This document shows positions 54,169-63,165 of a DNA stretch of 64,000 nucleotides, piece by piece (position 1 is the stretch's first letter; the number at the start of each line of letters is the position of its first letter). Below the pieces are notes generated by a model that saw nothing but the letters and a program-made list of their open reading frames with translations, made no database searches and was not told where the DNA came from. The position numbers and the translations under genes are program-made. The DNA comes from an archaeon (GTDB lineage: Archaea; Nanobdellota; Nanobdellia; Pacearchaeales; GW2011-AR1), in contig JAJRTJ010000001.1 of assembly GCA_024278335.1 (NCBI GenBank), positions 26,481 through 90,480 on the forward strand. The letters are read 5' to 3'.

Positions 54169-54543
54169 ATGAAAAAAGTATTGCTTGATACAAATTTTAT
54201 AATAACCTGCATAAAGCAAAAAATAGATTTCTTTAAAGAGATTTATGAAATAGGAGCAGAAATTATTATTCCAAAACAAGTTTTGCAGGAATTAAAAAAT
54301 ATTTCTGATGACAAGAATCAAAATAAAATCTCAAGGGCAAATGCACAACTTGCATTAAAAATAATTGAGAAAAATAAATACACTCCATTGCTTTTTGAAG
54401 GAGGCTATGTTGATAAAGAGATAATTAAATATTCAAAAGAGCATCCAAAAATAATTATTGCAACTCTTGATAAAGATTTGCAAAAAAATATTAAATCAAG
54501 AAAAATGATAATTAGGGGGAGAAAAAGGTTAGAGGTCATATAG
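54169..54543 (+). CDS. PIN-domain protein (Fcf1/Utp24-like)
   Basis: VLLDTNFII, ...PKQVLQEL... and IIATLDKDLQKNI acidic PIN signature positions. Confidence 0.7.
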   Translation: MKKVLLDTNFIITCIKQKIDFFKEIYEIGAEIIIPKQVLQELKNISDDKNQNKISRANAQLALKIIEKNKYTPLLFEGGYVDKEIIKYSKEHPKIIIATLDKDLQKNIKSRKMIIRGRKRLEVI

Positions 54544-54584
54544 GATAAGCTTTTTAAACCACTTTTACTCTGTTTTTTAAGAAA

Positions 54585-55199
54585 ATGTTCTATGAAACTA
54601 TGATTCAAGACCATGTAAGGGTTGAACCAAAGCTATTTGGACTTCCAACACAAGAAGCAGTTGAAAAACAGCTGAAAGAGACATATAATTTCAAATATGA
54701 AAAAGAGTTTGGAATGGCAATTGCAGTAATAGAAGTTCTGGAAGTAGGAGAAGGAATTTTAATCCCTGGCGACGGAGCTGCTTATTATAATTGCAAATTT
54801 AAATTACTCACCTGGAGACCAGAACTGCAGGAGCTTGTTTATGGGACAATATCAGAAATCACTAATTTTGGGGCATTTATTGATATGGGAGCAATGAGAG
54901 GAATGATCCATATTTCTCAAACAATGAATGACTATGTCTCTTTTAGTAAAGAAAATTCTTTGTCAGGAAAACAATCAAAAAGAGCTTTAAAAGTAGGGGA
55001 TTTATGTTTGGCAAGAATTGTAGCAATTTCTCATAAAGGAGATGAACCAAAAATTGGCTTGACAATGAGACAGCCAGGATTAGGAAAGCTTGAATGGATT
55101 AAAGAAGACCAAGCAAAAAAAGAAAAAGAAGCTGCTAAAATTGCAAAAGCAAATGAAAAAGCTGCAGCAAAAGGAGCAGATAAAGGAGGAAAGAAATAA
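54585..55199 (+). CDS. rpoE: RNA polymerase subunit E' (Rpb7 homolog, S1 domain) with K/A/E-rich tail
   Basis: MFYETMIQDHVRVEPKLFG..., ...GTISEITNFGAFIDMGAMRGMIHISQ (S1 fold). Confidence 0.9.
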   Translation: MFYETMIQDHVRVEPKLFGLPTQEAVEKQLKETYNFKYEKEFGMAIAVIEVLEVGEGILIPGDGAAYYNCKFKLLTWRPELQELVYGTISEITNFGAFIDMGAMRGMIHISQTMNDYVSFSKENSLSGKQSKRALKVGDLCLARIVAISHKGDEPKIGLTMRQPGLGKLEWIKEDQAKKEKEAAKIAKANEKAAAKGADKGGKK

Positions 55200-55399
55200 T
55201 GGTCTCTTCAAATACTTTAATTTCTATAGGCCAATGTTTATTCTTTGAACTTTTAAGAGATTGTGGTGAAGGAAACTGCAAAGCATATGAAATTTTAAAT
55301 AACTCTCCTAGAGCTGTTTATAAAAATGCCTGTGACGTTGAGAACTGTTTAGATAGAAAAATATATGAAGGAAGATTTGGGGGTTCTGAAAATGCCTAA
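55199..55399 (+). CDS. Hypothetical 66-aa Cys-containing protein between rpoE' and spt4
   Basis: Its start overlaps the rpoE stop (TAATG) and its end overlaps the spt4 start by 8 nt; five Cys. No family recognised. Confidence 0.35.
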   Translation: MVSSNTLISIGQCLFFELLRDCGEGNCKAYEILNNSPRAVYKNACDVENCLDRKIYEGRFGGSENA

Positions 55400-55583
55400 A
55401 AACAAAGCATGCAAAATTTGCAACACAATTTATGAGACAGAAGATAAATGCCCTAAATGTGGAGCTAAAGAAAATACAGATAATTATAAAGGAAGAATTG
55501 TAATTCTTGACCCAGAAAAATCAGAAATTGCTCAAAAAATAAATCTTAAACAAAAAGGCAATTATGCCATTAAAACACGATAA
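55392..55583 (+). CDS. spt4: Transcription elongation factor Spt4 (RpoE'')
   Basis: MPKNKACKICNTIYE..DKCPKCG Zn ribbon followed by YKGRIVILDPEKSEIA. Start at ATG 55392. Confidence 0.8.
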   Translation: MPKNKACKICNTIYETEDKCPKCGAKENTDNYKGRIVILDPEKSEIAQKINLKQKGNYAIKTR

Positions 55584-56038
55584 TGGAATTTAATATTGTA
55601 ATAGAAAAAGACAACCCTCTTTTTAAGAGAAAAGAAATTGAAGGGACAATTAAAGCAGAAGTTTGTCCAAGCAAACAAGAGGTGGCTAAGGCGCTTTCTA
55701 AAAAATATTCCGTTGCAGAAGAAAATATAATTATTGAAACTATTGAAGGAAGGTTTGGAGCAAGAGAGTTTTTGCTTGTTGCCCAATTATATGAATCTAA
55801 AGAAGCAAAAGATTTTGCTGAAGTAAAAACAAAAAAACAAAGAGAAGCAGAGGCAAAAGCTGCTGAAGATGCGGCAAAGGCAACTGAAGGAGTTGAAAGT
55901 AGTGCTCCTGCTCAGCCCCAGCAAGAACCTCCAGGGGGGACCTCTAACGAGGACTCAAAGGAATCAGTAGAATCAAAATCTGAAGCACCAAAGCAAGAAG
56001 AGATAAAAGAAGAATCAAAAGAGGAGAAAAAAGAATAA
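55583..56038 (+). CDS. rps24e: Ribosomal protein eS24 with acidic/lysine-rich C-terminal extension
   Basis: NPLFKRKEIEGTIKAE...PSKQEV...LSKKY...IIIETIEGRFG. Confidence 0.85.
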   Translation: MEFNIVIEKDNPLFKRKEIEGTIKAEVCPSKQEVAKALSKKYSVAEENIIIETIEGRFGAREFLLVAQLYESKEAKDFAEVKTKKQREAEAKAAEDAAKATEGVESSAPAQPQQEPPGGTSNEDSKESVESKSEAPKQEEIKEESKEEKKE

Positions 56039-56039
56039 A

Positions 56040-56264
56040 ATGGCAGGAAAGGAAAAAAAAGGAAAAAAGCCAAAAAAGAACAAACCAACAAGCAAGAAAT
56101 ATTCAAAATATAAAATTGAAGGGGACAAGATTACTTTGAATGCAAAATTTTGTCCTCGTTGCGGTCCAGGAATTTTTTTAATGCAAAGCAATGGAAGAAA
56201 ATATTGTGGTAAATGCCATTATAGCGAGTTTGAAGGCAAAGAGCCAGTAAAAAAAGAAGCTTAA
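56040..56264 (+). CDS. rps27ae: Ribosomal protein eS31 (S27ae)
   Basis: KFCPRCGPGIFLMQ...YCGKCHY Zn ribbon after a Lys-rich N-terminus. Confidence 0.85.
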   Translation: MAGKEKKGKKPKKNKPTSKKYSKYKIEGDKITLNAKFCPRCGPGIFLMQSNGRKYCGKCHYSEFEGKEPVKKEA

Positions 56265-56328
56265 AAAGATTCAAAAAAGAGATTAAAGAAAGAGTGTAAA
56301 TTATTCTAAATAATCAATTTTTTTAAAA

Positions 56329-56383
56329 CCCGTGGGATAGATGTTTTAGACATCAAATAGTTACCTAAAACCTCTATCCTGGG
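56329..56383 (+). terminator. Long imperfect hairpin downstream of rps27ae (terminator or small RNA)
   Basis: CCC(gtg)GGATAGA-t-GTTTTAG-[15-nt loop]-CTAAAAC-c-TCTATCC(t)GGG, about 17 bp in total. Confidence 0.35.
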
Positions 56384-56596
56384 TAAAAAGAGGTGATATA
56401 ATATAGACACTTTACTACTATTTAAACCTTTCGCTAATGTTACTCTTAAAAAATGACAGCAGTTTCCCCACTTTAAATGGTAACACTTGTTTATAAATAA
56501 ATAATTTTGTTAGTCACTACATTTTTATAAGGAGTAGTTACTATAAATAAAATTTCCCAACATATACTTTAAATAATCTTTAATTCTAATTGATTT

Positions 56597-57421
56597 ATGG
56601 AAAAAGAGGTTAAACATACTTCCCCTTCTGTAAATCAAGAGCAAGTTCATGACCTTTTATTTGGAAGAGAGCTCGGTTGGCAGGAAATGATTTATGATTT
56701 AATTAATACAGAGCAACTTGACCCTTGGGACATAAACATTACTCTATTAACAGATAAATATCTTGAAAAAATAGAACAGCTTGAAAAAGCAGATTTTTTT
56801 GTTTCCAGCAAAGTTCTCTTAGCGGCGTCGCTTCTTTTGAGAATTAAATCAGAGATTCTTTTAAACCGCTTTATTAAATCAATAGACGAGATACTCTTTG
56901 GAAAAGAGCAAGAGCCTAAAAAAACTTTTGAAAAGCTTGAACTTGAAGGGGAACTTCCAGAGCTTGTTCCAAAAAGCCCAATGCCTCGTTTTAAAAAAGT
57001 TACATTAGAAGAATTAATGGAAGCTTTAAATAAGGCAATTATCACAGAAAACAGGAGAATTAAAAAAGAAATCATAAACAAAAATGCTCTTCGGGAATCA
57101 GCTATTTCTTTGCCCAAGAAAACAATTAATATCAAAGATAAAATAAGGGAAATTCATCAAAAACTTTTAAATCACTTTGAATCAAATAATACAAAAAAAA
57201 TTTCCTACACTGAATTTATTGGAGAAGATAAAGAACAAAGAATTCTTGCATTTTATCCCCTGCTTCAGTTAGAGAATAATAATAAAATATGGCTTGACCA
57301 GCCAGAGCATTTTGAAGAAATAGATATCTGGCTTAAAAAAATATTTTTAAAGCATAATGAAGACCCTTTTGCTGATTTAAAAGAAGAGCTTGAAGAATTA
57401 GAACTTGAAAAAACTAAATAA
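56597..57421 (+). CDS. scpA: Segregation and condensation protein A (kleisin)
   Basis: ...MIYDLINTEQLDPWDINITLLTDKYLEKIEQL...FFVSSKVLLAASLLLRIKSEILL, typical of the ScpA N-terminus; 274 aa. Confidence 0.75.
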   Translation: MEKEVKHTSPSVNQEQVHDLLFGRELGWQEMIYDLINTEQLDPWDINITLLTDKYLEKIEQLEKADFFVSSKVLLAASLLLRIKSEILLNRFIKSIDEILFGKEQEPKKTFEKLELEGELPELVPKSPMPRFKKVTLEELMEALNKAIITENRRIKKEIINKNALRESAISLPKKTINIKDKIREIHQKLLNHFESNNTKKISYTEFIGEDKEQRILAFYPLLQLENNNKIWLDQPEHFEEIDIWLKKIFLKHNEDPFADLKEELEELELEKTK

Positions 57422-57424
57422 ATT

Positions 57425-57889
57425 TTAAATTCTCACTTTTATTTCATATTGATAAATACATCTTCCTCTGTAATTATTATGCCAGACAATAATTTTTCTT
57501 CTATGAACATAAATGCCTTTTGATGTAATTTCTTCCATAAACAATCTGTCTTTTAAATCACTTTGAATTTCTCTAATGCCCTTTTCTTCAAGCCATTTTT
57601 CTAATTCCCCCTTTATATGGTTATGTGCTAAAGAGGCATAAAAAGCCCAAACTCTTTCACTATCATTCATTTGATTTAAAAATCTTGTAAGTCTTCGCTT
57701 GTTTCCAGGACCGAATTTTCCTCCTGCAAGATGTATATCAAATAAGCCTCTTTTTATTTTTCTTCCTGATTTTCCAAAAACAGCCAATGCTAATTCTCTG
57801 CTTTTTTCAACATAAATAACTTCATCCTCGTCAGAAGTAACTATGGGGTTTCCTGCCTGAATCTCCGTGGTTTTAAGAGACATTAACAT
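57425..57889 (-). CDS. Hypothetical protein
   Basis: Track ORF of 154 aa; no family recognised. Confidence 0.35.
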   Translation of the reverse strand: MLMSLKTTEIQAGNPIVTSDEDEVIYVEKSRELALAVFGKSGRKIKRGLFDIHLAGGKFGPGNKRRLTRFLNQMNDSERVWAFYASLAHNHIKGELEKWLEEKGIREIQSDLKDRLFMEEITSKGIYVHRRKIIVWHNNYRGRCIYQYEIKVRI

Positions 57890-57917
57890 TTAAAAGAATT
57901 CAAACTATAAATAATTT

Positions 57918-58586
57918 ATGAAATTGGCATTTCTTTTGTCTGGGGGAAAAGATTCTCTGTATGCAGCATATTTAGCAAAACAAGCAGGGCATGAACTTGT
58001 TTGTGCAATTACAATTTATTCTAAAAATAAAGACAGCTACATGTTTCATACTCCCTGTGTTGAAAAAACAAAAAAACAAGCAAAGTCAATGAGCCTTTCT
58101 CTGCTTGCCTGTAAAACAAAAGGAGAAAAGGAAAAAGAATTAAAAGATTTAGAAAAAGCCATAAAAAAAGCAAAACAAAAGTATAATATTCAGGGAATTG
58201 TAACTGGAGCAATTGAGTCTTGCTATCAAGCTTCACGAATACAAAAAATTTGCGATAAATTAAATTTAGAATGTTTTAATCCATTATGGCAAAAGCCTCA
58301 ATTAGAATTGCTAAATGATTTAATTAAAAATGGATTTAAAGTTATTGTAACTTCTGTTGCAGCTTATCCTCTAAACCCCTCATTGCTTGGAAGAAAAATT
58401 GACAAAAAATTTATTCATGAAATAAAATTACTTCAAGAAAAATTTAAAATCAATCCTGCAGGAGAGGGGGGAGAATTTGAAACCTTTGTCTTAAACTGCC
58501 CTCTTTTTTCTAATTCTCTAAAGATAATTGACAAAAAAATAACTGGAAAAAATAATTCTTGGAAAATGGAGGTAAAACTAAAATGA
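57918..58586 (+). CDS. PP-loop ATP-binding protein, MJ0570/diphthine-ammonia ligase (Dph6)-like
   Basis: MKLAFLLSGGKDSLYA PP-loop, ...GAIESCYQASRIQKIC... and GEGGEFETFV. Confidence 0.75.
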   Translation: MKLAFLLSGGKDSLYAAYLAKQAGHELVCAITIYSKNKDSYMFHTPCVEKTKKQAKSMSLSLLACKTKGEKEKELKDLEKAIKKAKQKYNIQGIVTGAIESCYQASRIQKICDKLNLECFNPLWQKPQLELLNDLIKNGFKVIVTSVAAYPLNPSLLGRKIDKKFIHEIKLLQEKFKINPAGEGGEFETFVLNCPLFSNSLKIIDKKITGKNNSWKMEVKLK

Positions 58587-59122
58587 AAATTCTTTTAATT
58601 AAAACAAATAAAGAATCTTTTCATGAATTAGAATTTGTAAGGTCAATTGAAAATATTTTAAAAAACAATAAAATAAAATTTTTTACTTCCCATTATAAAG
58701 ACTTAAAAAAACAAGACTTAAAAAATGCTGATAAAATAATAATCTGCGGGACATCTTTAAAAGATAATCACTTTCTTAAAAATATAGATTATTTTAAGTG
58801 GATAGAAAATTACAATAAGCCAATTTTAGGAATTTGTTCTGGAATGCAGATAATTTCAAAGATTTTTAAAGCAAAACTAAAACACCGGCAGGAAATTGGC
58901 CTAAAAACATTAAATTTCAAAAAAGAATTTTTAGGATTAAAAAATAAAAAAGAAGTTTATGAATTACATAATAATTATTTTGATTTGCCCAAGAACTTTA
59001 CTAAATTTACAGATTCAAAAATACCTCAAGCAATAAAACATAATCAAAAACCCCTCTATGGAACACTTTTTCATCCAGAAGTTAGAAATAAAAATTTGAT
59101 TTTAGAATTTTGTTTGTTTTAA
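58583..59122 (+). CDS. Class I glutamine amidotransferase (GMP synthase subunit A-like)
   Basis: GICSGMQII nucleophile elbow and the LFHPEV His/Glu pair. Start at ATG 58583 overlaps the upstream stop (ATGA). Confidence 0.7.
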   Translation: MKILLIKTNKESFHELEFVRSIENILKNNKIKFFTSHYKDLKKQDLKNADKIIICGTSLKDNHFLKNIDYFKWIENYNKPILGICSGMQIISKIFKAKLKHRQEIGLKTLNFKKEFLGLKNKKEVYELHNNYFDLPKNFTKFTDSKIPQAIKHNQKPLYGTLFHPEVRNKNLILEFCLF

Positions 59123-59383
59123 TTATAATCTCTGTCCTTTTATGGACCTATCATCTCCTGCATGGATTCTTTTTCCACTATTTTCAAACCAATATTCTTC
59201 AAGACCGCCCATTTTATCAATAAACCTTTCTTCAGGAGAAAGCTGACTAACTAAAGAGGCATTTGGCAAAAGCGGGTTTGTTCCAGGTTTTAAAACTATT
59301 TGGACATTCTTCCTCTCTTGACCTTTAGTTTGTCTTTGCCTTTGTCTATATTGCGCCTGATAACCGGCATCATCTTTAGCCAT
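59123..59383 (-). CDS. Hypothetical protein
   Basis: Track ORF of 86 aa with a Q/R-rich N-terminus. Confidence 0.3.
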   Translation of the reverse strand: MAKDDAGYQAQYRQRQRQTKGQERKNVQIVLKPGTNPLLPNASLVSQLSPEERFIDKMGGLEEYWFENSGKRIHAGDDRSIKGQRL

Positions 59384-59429
59384 TTTATTAATTTTATTTT
59401 TTAATATTTAAAGTTTTTTACATTAAACC

Positions 59430-60575
59430 TTATACTTTCAATACACTTTCTTTTCCACTATCCATGTCTTTGACTTTGAATTTTTTTGCTTTTACTTCTC
59501 TTTCTCCAACAAAAACAACTTTTTTAATCTTATAAGAGTTGGCATATTCCATTGCCTTAGAAGGTTTTCCATAAAACATTGAAACCCTGTTTCCTTTTTT
59601 CCTTAAATTCTGGGCAAGTTTAATTGCAGGCCTGTCTTGTTCAAGTGAAACAATTAAATATTTTTCTTTATTTAACTTCAAATTTGACAAACTCGAAACT
59701 CTTTCAAGCCCAATACTGCATCCGAAGCATTTTATATTGTTAAAAGTATATGCTCCTCCTCCACAAATAGTTTCTTTTGCATTTTTTGTCTTAACTTCAA
59801 ATACAATCCCATCATAATAACTTAATCCTCTTACAATTGTTGGGGAGAACTTTACTTCAACTCCATATGTTCTGCAATAATCTATTAATGAAATAATTTT
59901 TTTATAAGATTCAAATTTATCAAAATATTTTTCTCCTTTTTTAATTTGGCTTAAAACTTTTTCTGCATTATATTTTTTAAGATTCTTTTTTATTTCTGAT
60001 TCAGGAAGCTTGTCAAATTTATCTATTTCTCTTAAAACTTGCTCTTTGTCTTTTTCCTTTATTTTTTGCTCTTCTAAAATTTCATCTATTAATTCTCTGC
60101 TATTAATTAAAATAATGGGCTCTATCCCAATCTCTTTTAATGCTTGATTGATTGTAGAGATAACTTCTGCCTCGTCTCTTGCAGAAATTTCTGAGATGCC
60201 GACAACATCAATATCACCTTGTGTAAACTGCCTTAATCTGTTTTCTGAAACAGGTTCATCTCTGAAAACAGGTCCGATTTGATATCTCTTGAAAGGGAGT
60301 TTTTTATTTTGCATTAATCTTTTTAGCTGAAATGTAAATTCATATCTAAGAGCAAGTTTTCTCTTTCCTTTGTCTTCAAGTCTGTAAATATCTGAAACAG
60401 CTTCGTCGTTTTGGTTGTCTCCTTCAACAAATTTTCTATCTTCAATTATGGGAGTTTCAACTGGTTCAAAACCATATTTCTCAAAAGTCTTTACTAAAAC
60501 TTCTCTAATTGCTTCTCTTTTTATTGCTTCTTCTCCTGTAAAGTCCCTAAATCCCTTGATTAATTCACTTTTCAT
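59430..60575 (-). CDS. hisS: Histidyl-tRNA synthetase (compact, 381 aa)
   Basis: KGFRDFTGEE, LRYEFTFQ and FRDEPVSENRLRQFTQGDIDVVG (class II motif 2), then GGGAY, plus a C-terminal anticodon-binding-like domain. Confidence 0.8.
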   Translation of the reverse strand: MKSELIKGFRDFTGEEAIKREAIREVLVKTFEKYGFEPVETPIIEDRKFVEGDNQNDEAVSDIYRLEDKGKRKLALRYEFTFQLKRLMQNKKLPFKRYQIGPVFRDEPVSENRLRQFTQGDIDVVGISEISARDEAEVISTINQALKEIGIEPIILINSRELIDEILEEQKIKEKDKEQVLREIDKFDKLPESEIKKNLKKYNAEKVLSQIKKGEKYFDKFESYKKIISLIDYCRTYGVEVKFSPTIVRGLSYYDGIVFEVKTKNAKETICGGGAYTFNNIKCFGCSIGLERVSSLSNLKLNKEKYLIVSLEQDRPAIKLAQNLRKKGNRVSMFYGKPSKAMEYANSYKIKKVVFVGEREVKAKKFKVKDMDSGKESVLKV

Positions 60576-60961
60576 TTTATTTCTTTTACTAGTTTTTCAA
60601 CCTTTTTATTAATATCTCCTGCAATCTCACGAATTCTTTCAAGATTCTCTTGCCCTGTATCGGGTATTTTCCAAACTATTAATTTTTTTGCTCTATTAAA
60701 CAAACTCTTTGGAATATTATCTGCAACAATTACAAATAAATCTGCATTAATTAAATCCCTTTCATCAATTGTTTTTGTTTTTCCAGTTCTTATCCCAAAC
60801 TCCTTTGCAACTTTTTTAACAATTGGCGCAACAGGAAGCCCTTTAAAAATTCCTGCGCTCTTTGCCTTGATGTTCTTGTTTTTATTCCATTTATTAAAAA
60901 ACCCTTCAGCCAATTGGCTTCTGAATCTGTTGTGTCTGCAGACAAAAATTATTTGTTTCAT
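60572..60961 (-). CDS. Low-molecular-weight phosphotyrosine phosphatase / ArsC-type family protein
   Basis: IIFVCRHNRFRS, the CX5R(S) motif. Confidence 0.75.
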   Translation of the reverse strand: MKQIIFVCRHNRFRSQLAEGFFNKWNKNKNIKAKSAGIFKGLPVAPIVKKVAKEFGIRTGKTKTIDERDLINADLFVIVADNIPKSLFNRAKKLIVWKIPDTGQENLERIREIAGDINKKVEKLVKEIK

Positions 60962-60985
60962 TTTTCCTCTTTTAAATTATTGAAG

Positions 60986-61058
60986 GGCGGAAGGAGGGAA
61001 TCGAACCCTCTTCTTGCGGACCACAACCACACGTAATAGCCATTATACCACAACCGCC
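60986..61058 (-). tRNA. tRNA-His (anticodon GUG) with encoded G-1
   Basis: Hand fold: G-1 pairs with C73, anticodon stem TGTGG/CCGCA, loop TTGTGGT, T arm GAGGG-TTCGATT-CCCTC. The acceptor GCGGTTG/CTTCCGC has tandem U-U mismatches at 5:68 and 6:67. Confidence 0.75.
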
Positions 61059-61200
61059 ATCATATTTAATTAACATATCAAATGCTTTTAAAGGTTTTCT
61101 GAAGAAAGAAGTAAAACTAGGAATATTATCAATTCTATTGATGCCGACAATAACCTAGTTTAATTGCCATATTATATTTAGAAATGATGAGTATTTAAAA

Positions 61201-61407
61201 TTATTGATAATTTCTTTTAACACGCCCATAATATTCAGATAATTCCCTTTGAGCACTTTTGTCTTTTCCTACATTACCAATAAATTCTCTGACAAAAGAA
61301 TCTATTCTTGTTTTTTGCCATCTTCTTCCACTAAACCAATTCTCTGCAAATTCTCCCAAGGTCTTTCTTACAATTTCATCTCTTGTTTTTGGTTTACACA
61401 TATCCAT
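61201..61407 (-). CDS. Hypothetical protein
   Basis: Track ORF of 68 aa. Confidence 0.3.
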   Translation of the reverse strand: MDMCKPKTRDEIVRKTLGEFAENWFSGRRWQKTRIDSFVREFIGNVGKDKSAQRELSEYYGRVKRNYQ

Positions 61408-61450
61408 TCTTTTACAAAAGCCTTTTTAAAGATATTGACTATTTTTAAAT

Positions 61451-62653
61451 ATGAAAAAATACGAACTTTTGGCTCCAGCAGGAAATTTTCCAATGCTTAT
61501 TACAGCAATTAATGCCGGAACAGATGCAGTTTATTTTGGATTAAAAAAAGGATTCTCAATGAGGGCAAATGCAAAAAATTTCACAATTAAAGACTTGGAT
61601 AAAATAAATCAAATCTGTGGGAGTAAAATAAAAAAATATTTGACTCTCAATACAATAGTTTATGACGAAGAATTAAAAGAACTGGAAAAAACAATTAAAC
61701 AAATAAAAGGAAAAGTGGATGCAGTAATTTGCTGGGATATGTCAGTTATTCAGCTTTGCAAAAAATATAAAATTCCTTTTCACATCTCAACACAAGCATC
61801 AGTTTCTAATTCAGAAACAGCGAAGTTTTACAAAAAATTAGGAGCAGAAAGAATTGTTCTTGCAAGAGAGTTAAATTTAAAGCAAATTAAAAAAATCTCC
61901 AAAATAATTGATATTGAAGCTTTTGCCCATGGAGCAATGTGTGTCGCTGTTTCAGGAAGGTGTTTGATGTCCCAGTTTTTATTTAATCGTTCAGCAAATC
62001 GGGGGGCATGCATTCATCCTTGCAGGAGAAGTTATATTATAAAGGATAAACAAGAAGGATATGAACTTGAAATAGAAAATAACAAGGTTCTTTCAGCGAA
62101 AGATCTCTGCACTTTGCCTTTTATTGAAAAGATGAAGAAAGCAGGAATAACTTCATTTAAAATTGAAGGAAGAAACAGAGACCCGAGATATGTTGAAGCA
62201 GTTGTAAAAATTTATAGAAGAGCTTTAGATAAGAGACTAACAAAACAAGAATTAAAGCAATCAATGCAAGAATTAGAAAGAGTCTATAATAGAAAATTCT
62301 CAACAGGTTTTTATTTAGGCAAACCTTCTGCTAAAGATTTTTCAGATGTAGAACATAGTGCTGCAAAAGAAAAAAAGGTTTTTGTGGGTAAAATAACTCA
62401 TTACTTTAAAAAAATAAACGTTGCCAAACTTCTTCTTGTTGCGCAATTAAAAGTAGGAGATAAAATAATAATCATTGGGAATACAACTGGATTAAAAAAA
62501 GCAGAAGTTAAAAGAATAGAGATAAATCACCGGGCCGTTGAAAAAGCAATTAAAGGGCAGGAAATTGGAATTAAGCTTCCTGAAATAAGAAAAAACGATG
62601 AGGTCTATAAAATAATAAAAAATAAGACCCTAAAAATAAAGGGGTCAAAATAA
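61451..62653 (+). CDS. Peptidase U32 family protein
   Basis: ELLAPAGNFPMLITAINAGTDAVYFG N-terminus and ...ARELNL...EAFAHGAMCVAVSGRC; 400 aa. Confidence 0.85.
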   Translation: MKKYELLAPAGNFPMLITAINAGTDAVYFGLKKGFSMRANAKNFTIKDLDKINQICGSKIKKYLTLNTIVYDEELKELEKTIKQIKGKVDAVICWDMSVIQLCKKYKIPFHISTQASVSNSETAKFYKKLGAERIVLARELNLKQIKKISKIIDIEAFAHGAMCVAVSGRCLMSQFLFNRSANRGACIHPCRRSYIIKDKQEGYELEIENNKVLSAKDLCTLPFIEKMKKAGITSFKIEGRNRDPRYVEAVVKIYRRALDKRLTKQELKQSMQELERVYNRKFSTGFYLGKPSAKDFSDVEHSAAKEKKVFVGKITHYFKKINVAKLLLVAQLKVGDKIIIIGNTTGLKKAEVKRIEINHRAVEKAIKGQEIGIKLPEIRKNDEVYKIIKNKTLKIKGSK

Positions 62654-62654
62654 A

Positions 62655-63107
62655 TTAAGCTGCAGGGTTTTCCCAAGAAAATACAGAGCAAAGATGCCTT
62701 TCTCCGCTATCATCCTTAATAAAATAGGCATTTGCATCAACTCTTTCAAGAGAATCAACTCCAGTGCAATCAACCTCAATTGTTGCTACAGAAGCAATTG
62801 AGCTATCCCAATCAGTTTCAGTGCCTGCGTCATTATTGGCGGTTAGCAAAATCCCATCAACAACTTCTGTTGAGATTCCTGCAACTCTTTCAATAACAAC
62901 ATTGCAAGTTTCTGTATCTGGGTCAAGCGAAGCAGATTTTATCTTAAAGGTTGCTCCAAGACATTTTTGGCTGTAATCAATTGTCTCCTTGCTGGAATTG
63001 ACCATATTTATTACAACCATTGCAACTATTCCAATAGCAACCACTGCCACTGTTATTAAAAGCACAGTTGTGATTACTCCTGAAATACCTTTTGTATTCA
63101 TATTCAA
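62655..63107 (-). CDS. Archaeal type IV pilin-like protein (class III signal peptide)
   Basis: MNMNTKG|ISGVITTVLLITVAVVAIGIV has the KG cleavage context followed by a hydrophobic helix. An AAGGAGG RBS lies upstream. Confidence 0.6.
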   Translation of the reverse strand: MNMNTKGISGVITTVLLITVAVVAIGIVAMVVINMVNSSKETIDYSQKCLGATFKIKSASLDPDTETCNVVIERVAGISTEVVDGILLTANNDAGTETDWDSSIASVATIEVDCTGVDSLERVDANAYFIKDDSGERHLCSVFSWENPAA

Positions 63108-63165
63108 CCTCCTTTCATATTCATTTATAATATTCTATCTAATGTTTTTCACTATAAAAAGATTG

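Noticed and set aside
55200-55391. C/D-box sRNA between rpoE' and spt4, based on ATGAAGGA and CTGA words.
   Set aside because: The box spacing (~15 nt) and the absence of C'/D' boxes and terminal pairing do not fit archaeal C/D sRNAs. A translationally coupled ORF explains the spacer better.
56265-56596. Possible replication origin, based on AGTGGGGAAAC resembling a mini-ORB core and repeated GTTAC/CACTTTA words.
   Set aside because: There is only a single weak ORB-like match, no inverted ORB pair, no adjacent orc1/cdc6, and the repeats are short AT-rich words. The evidence is insufficient.
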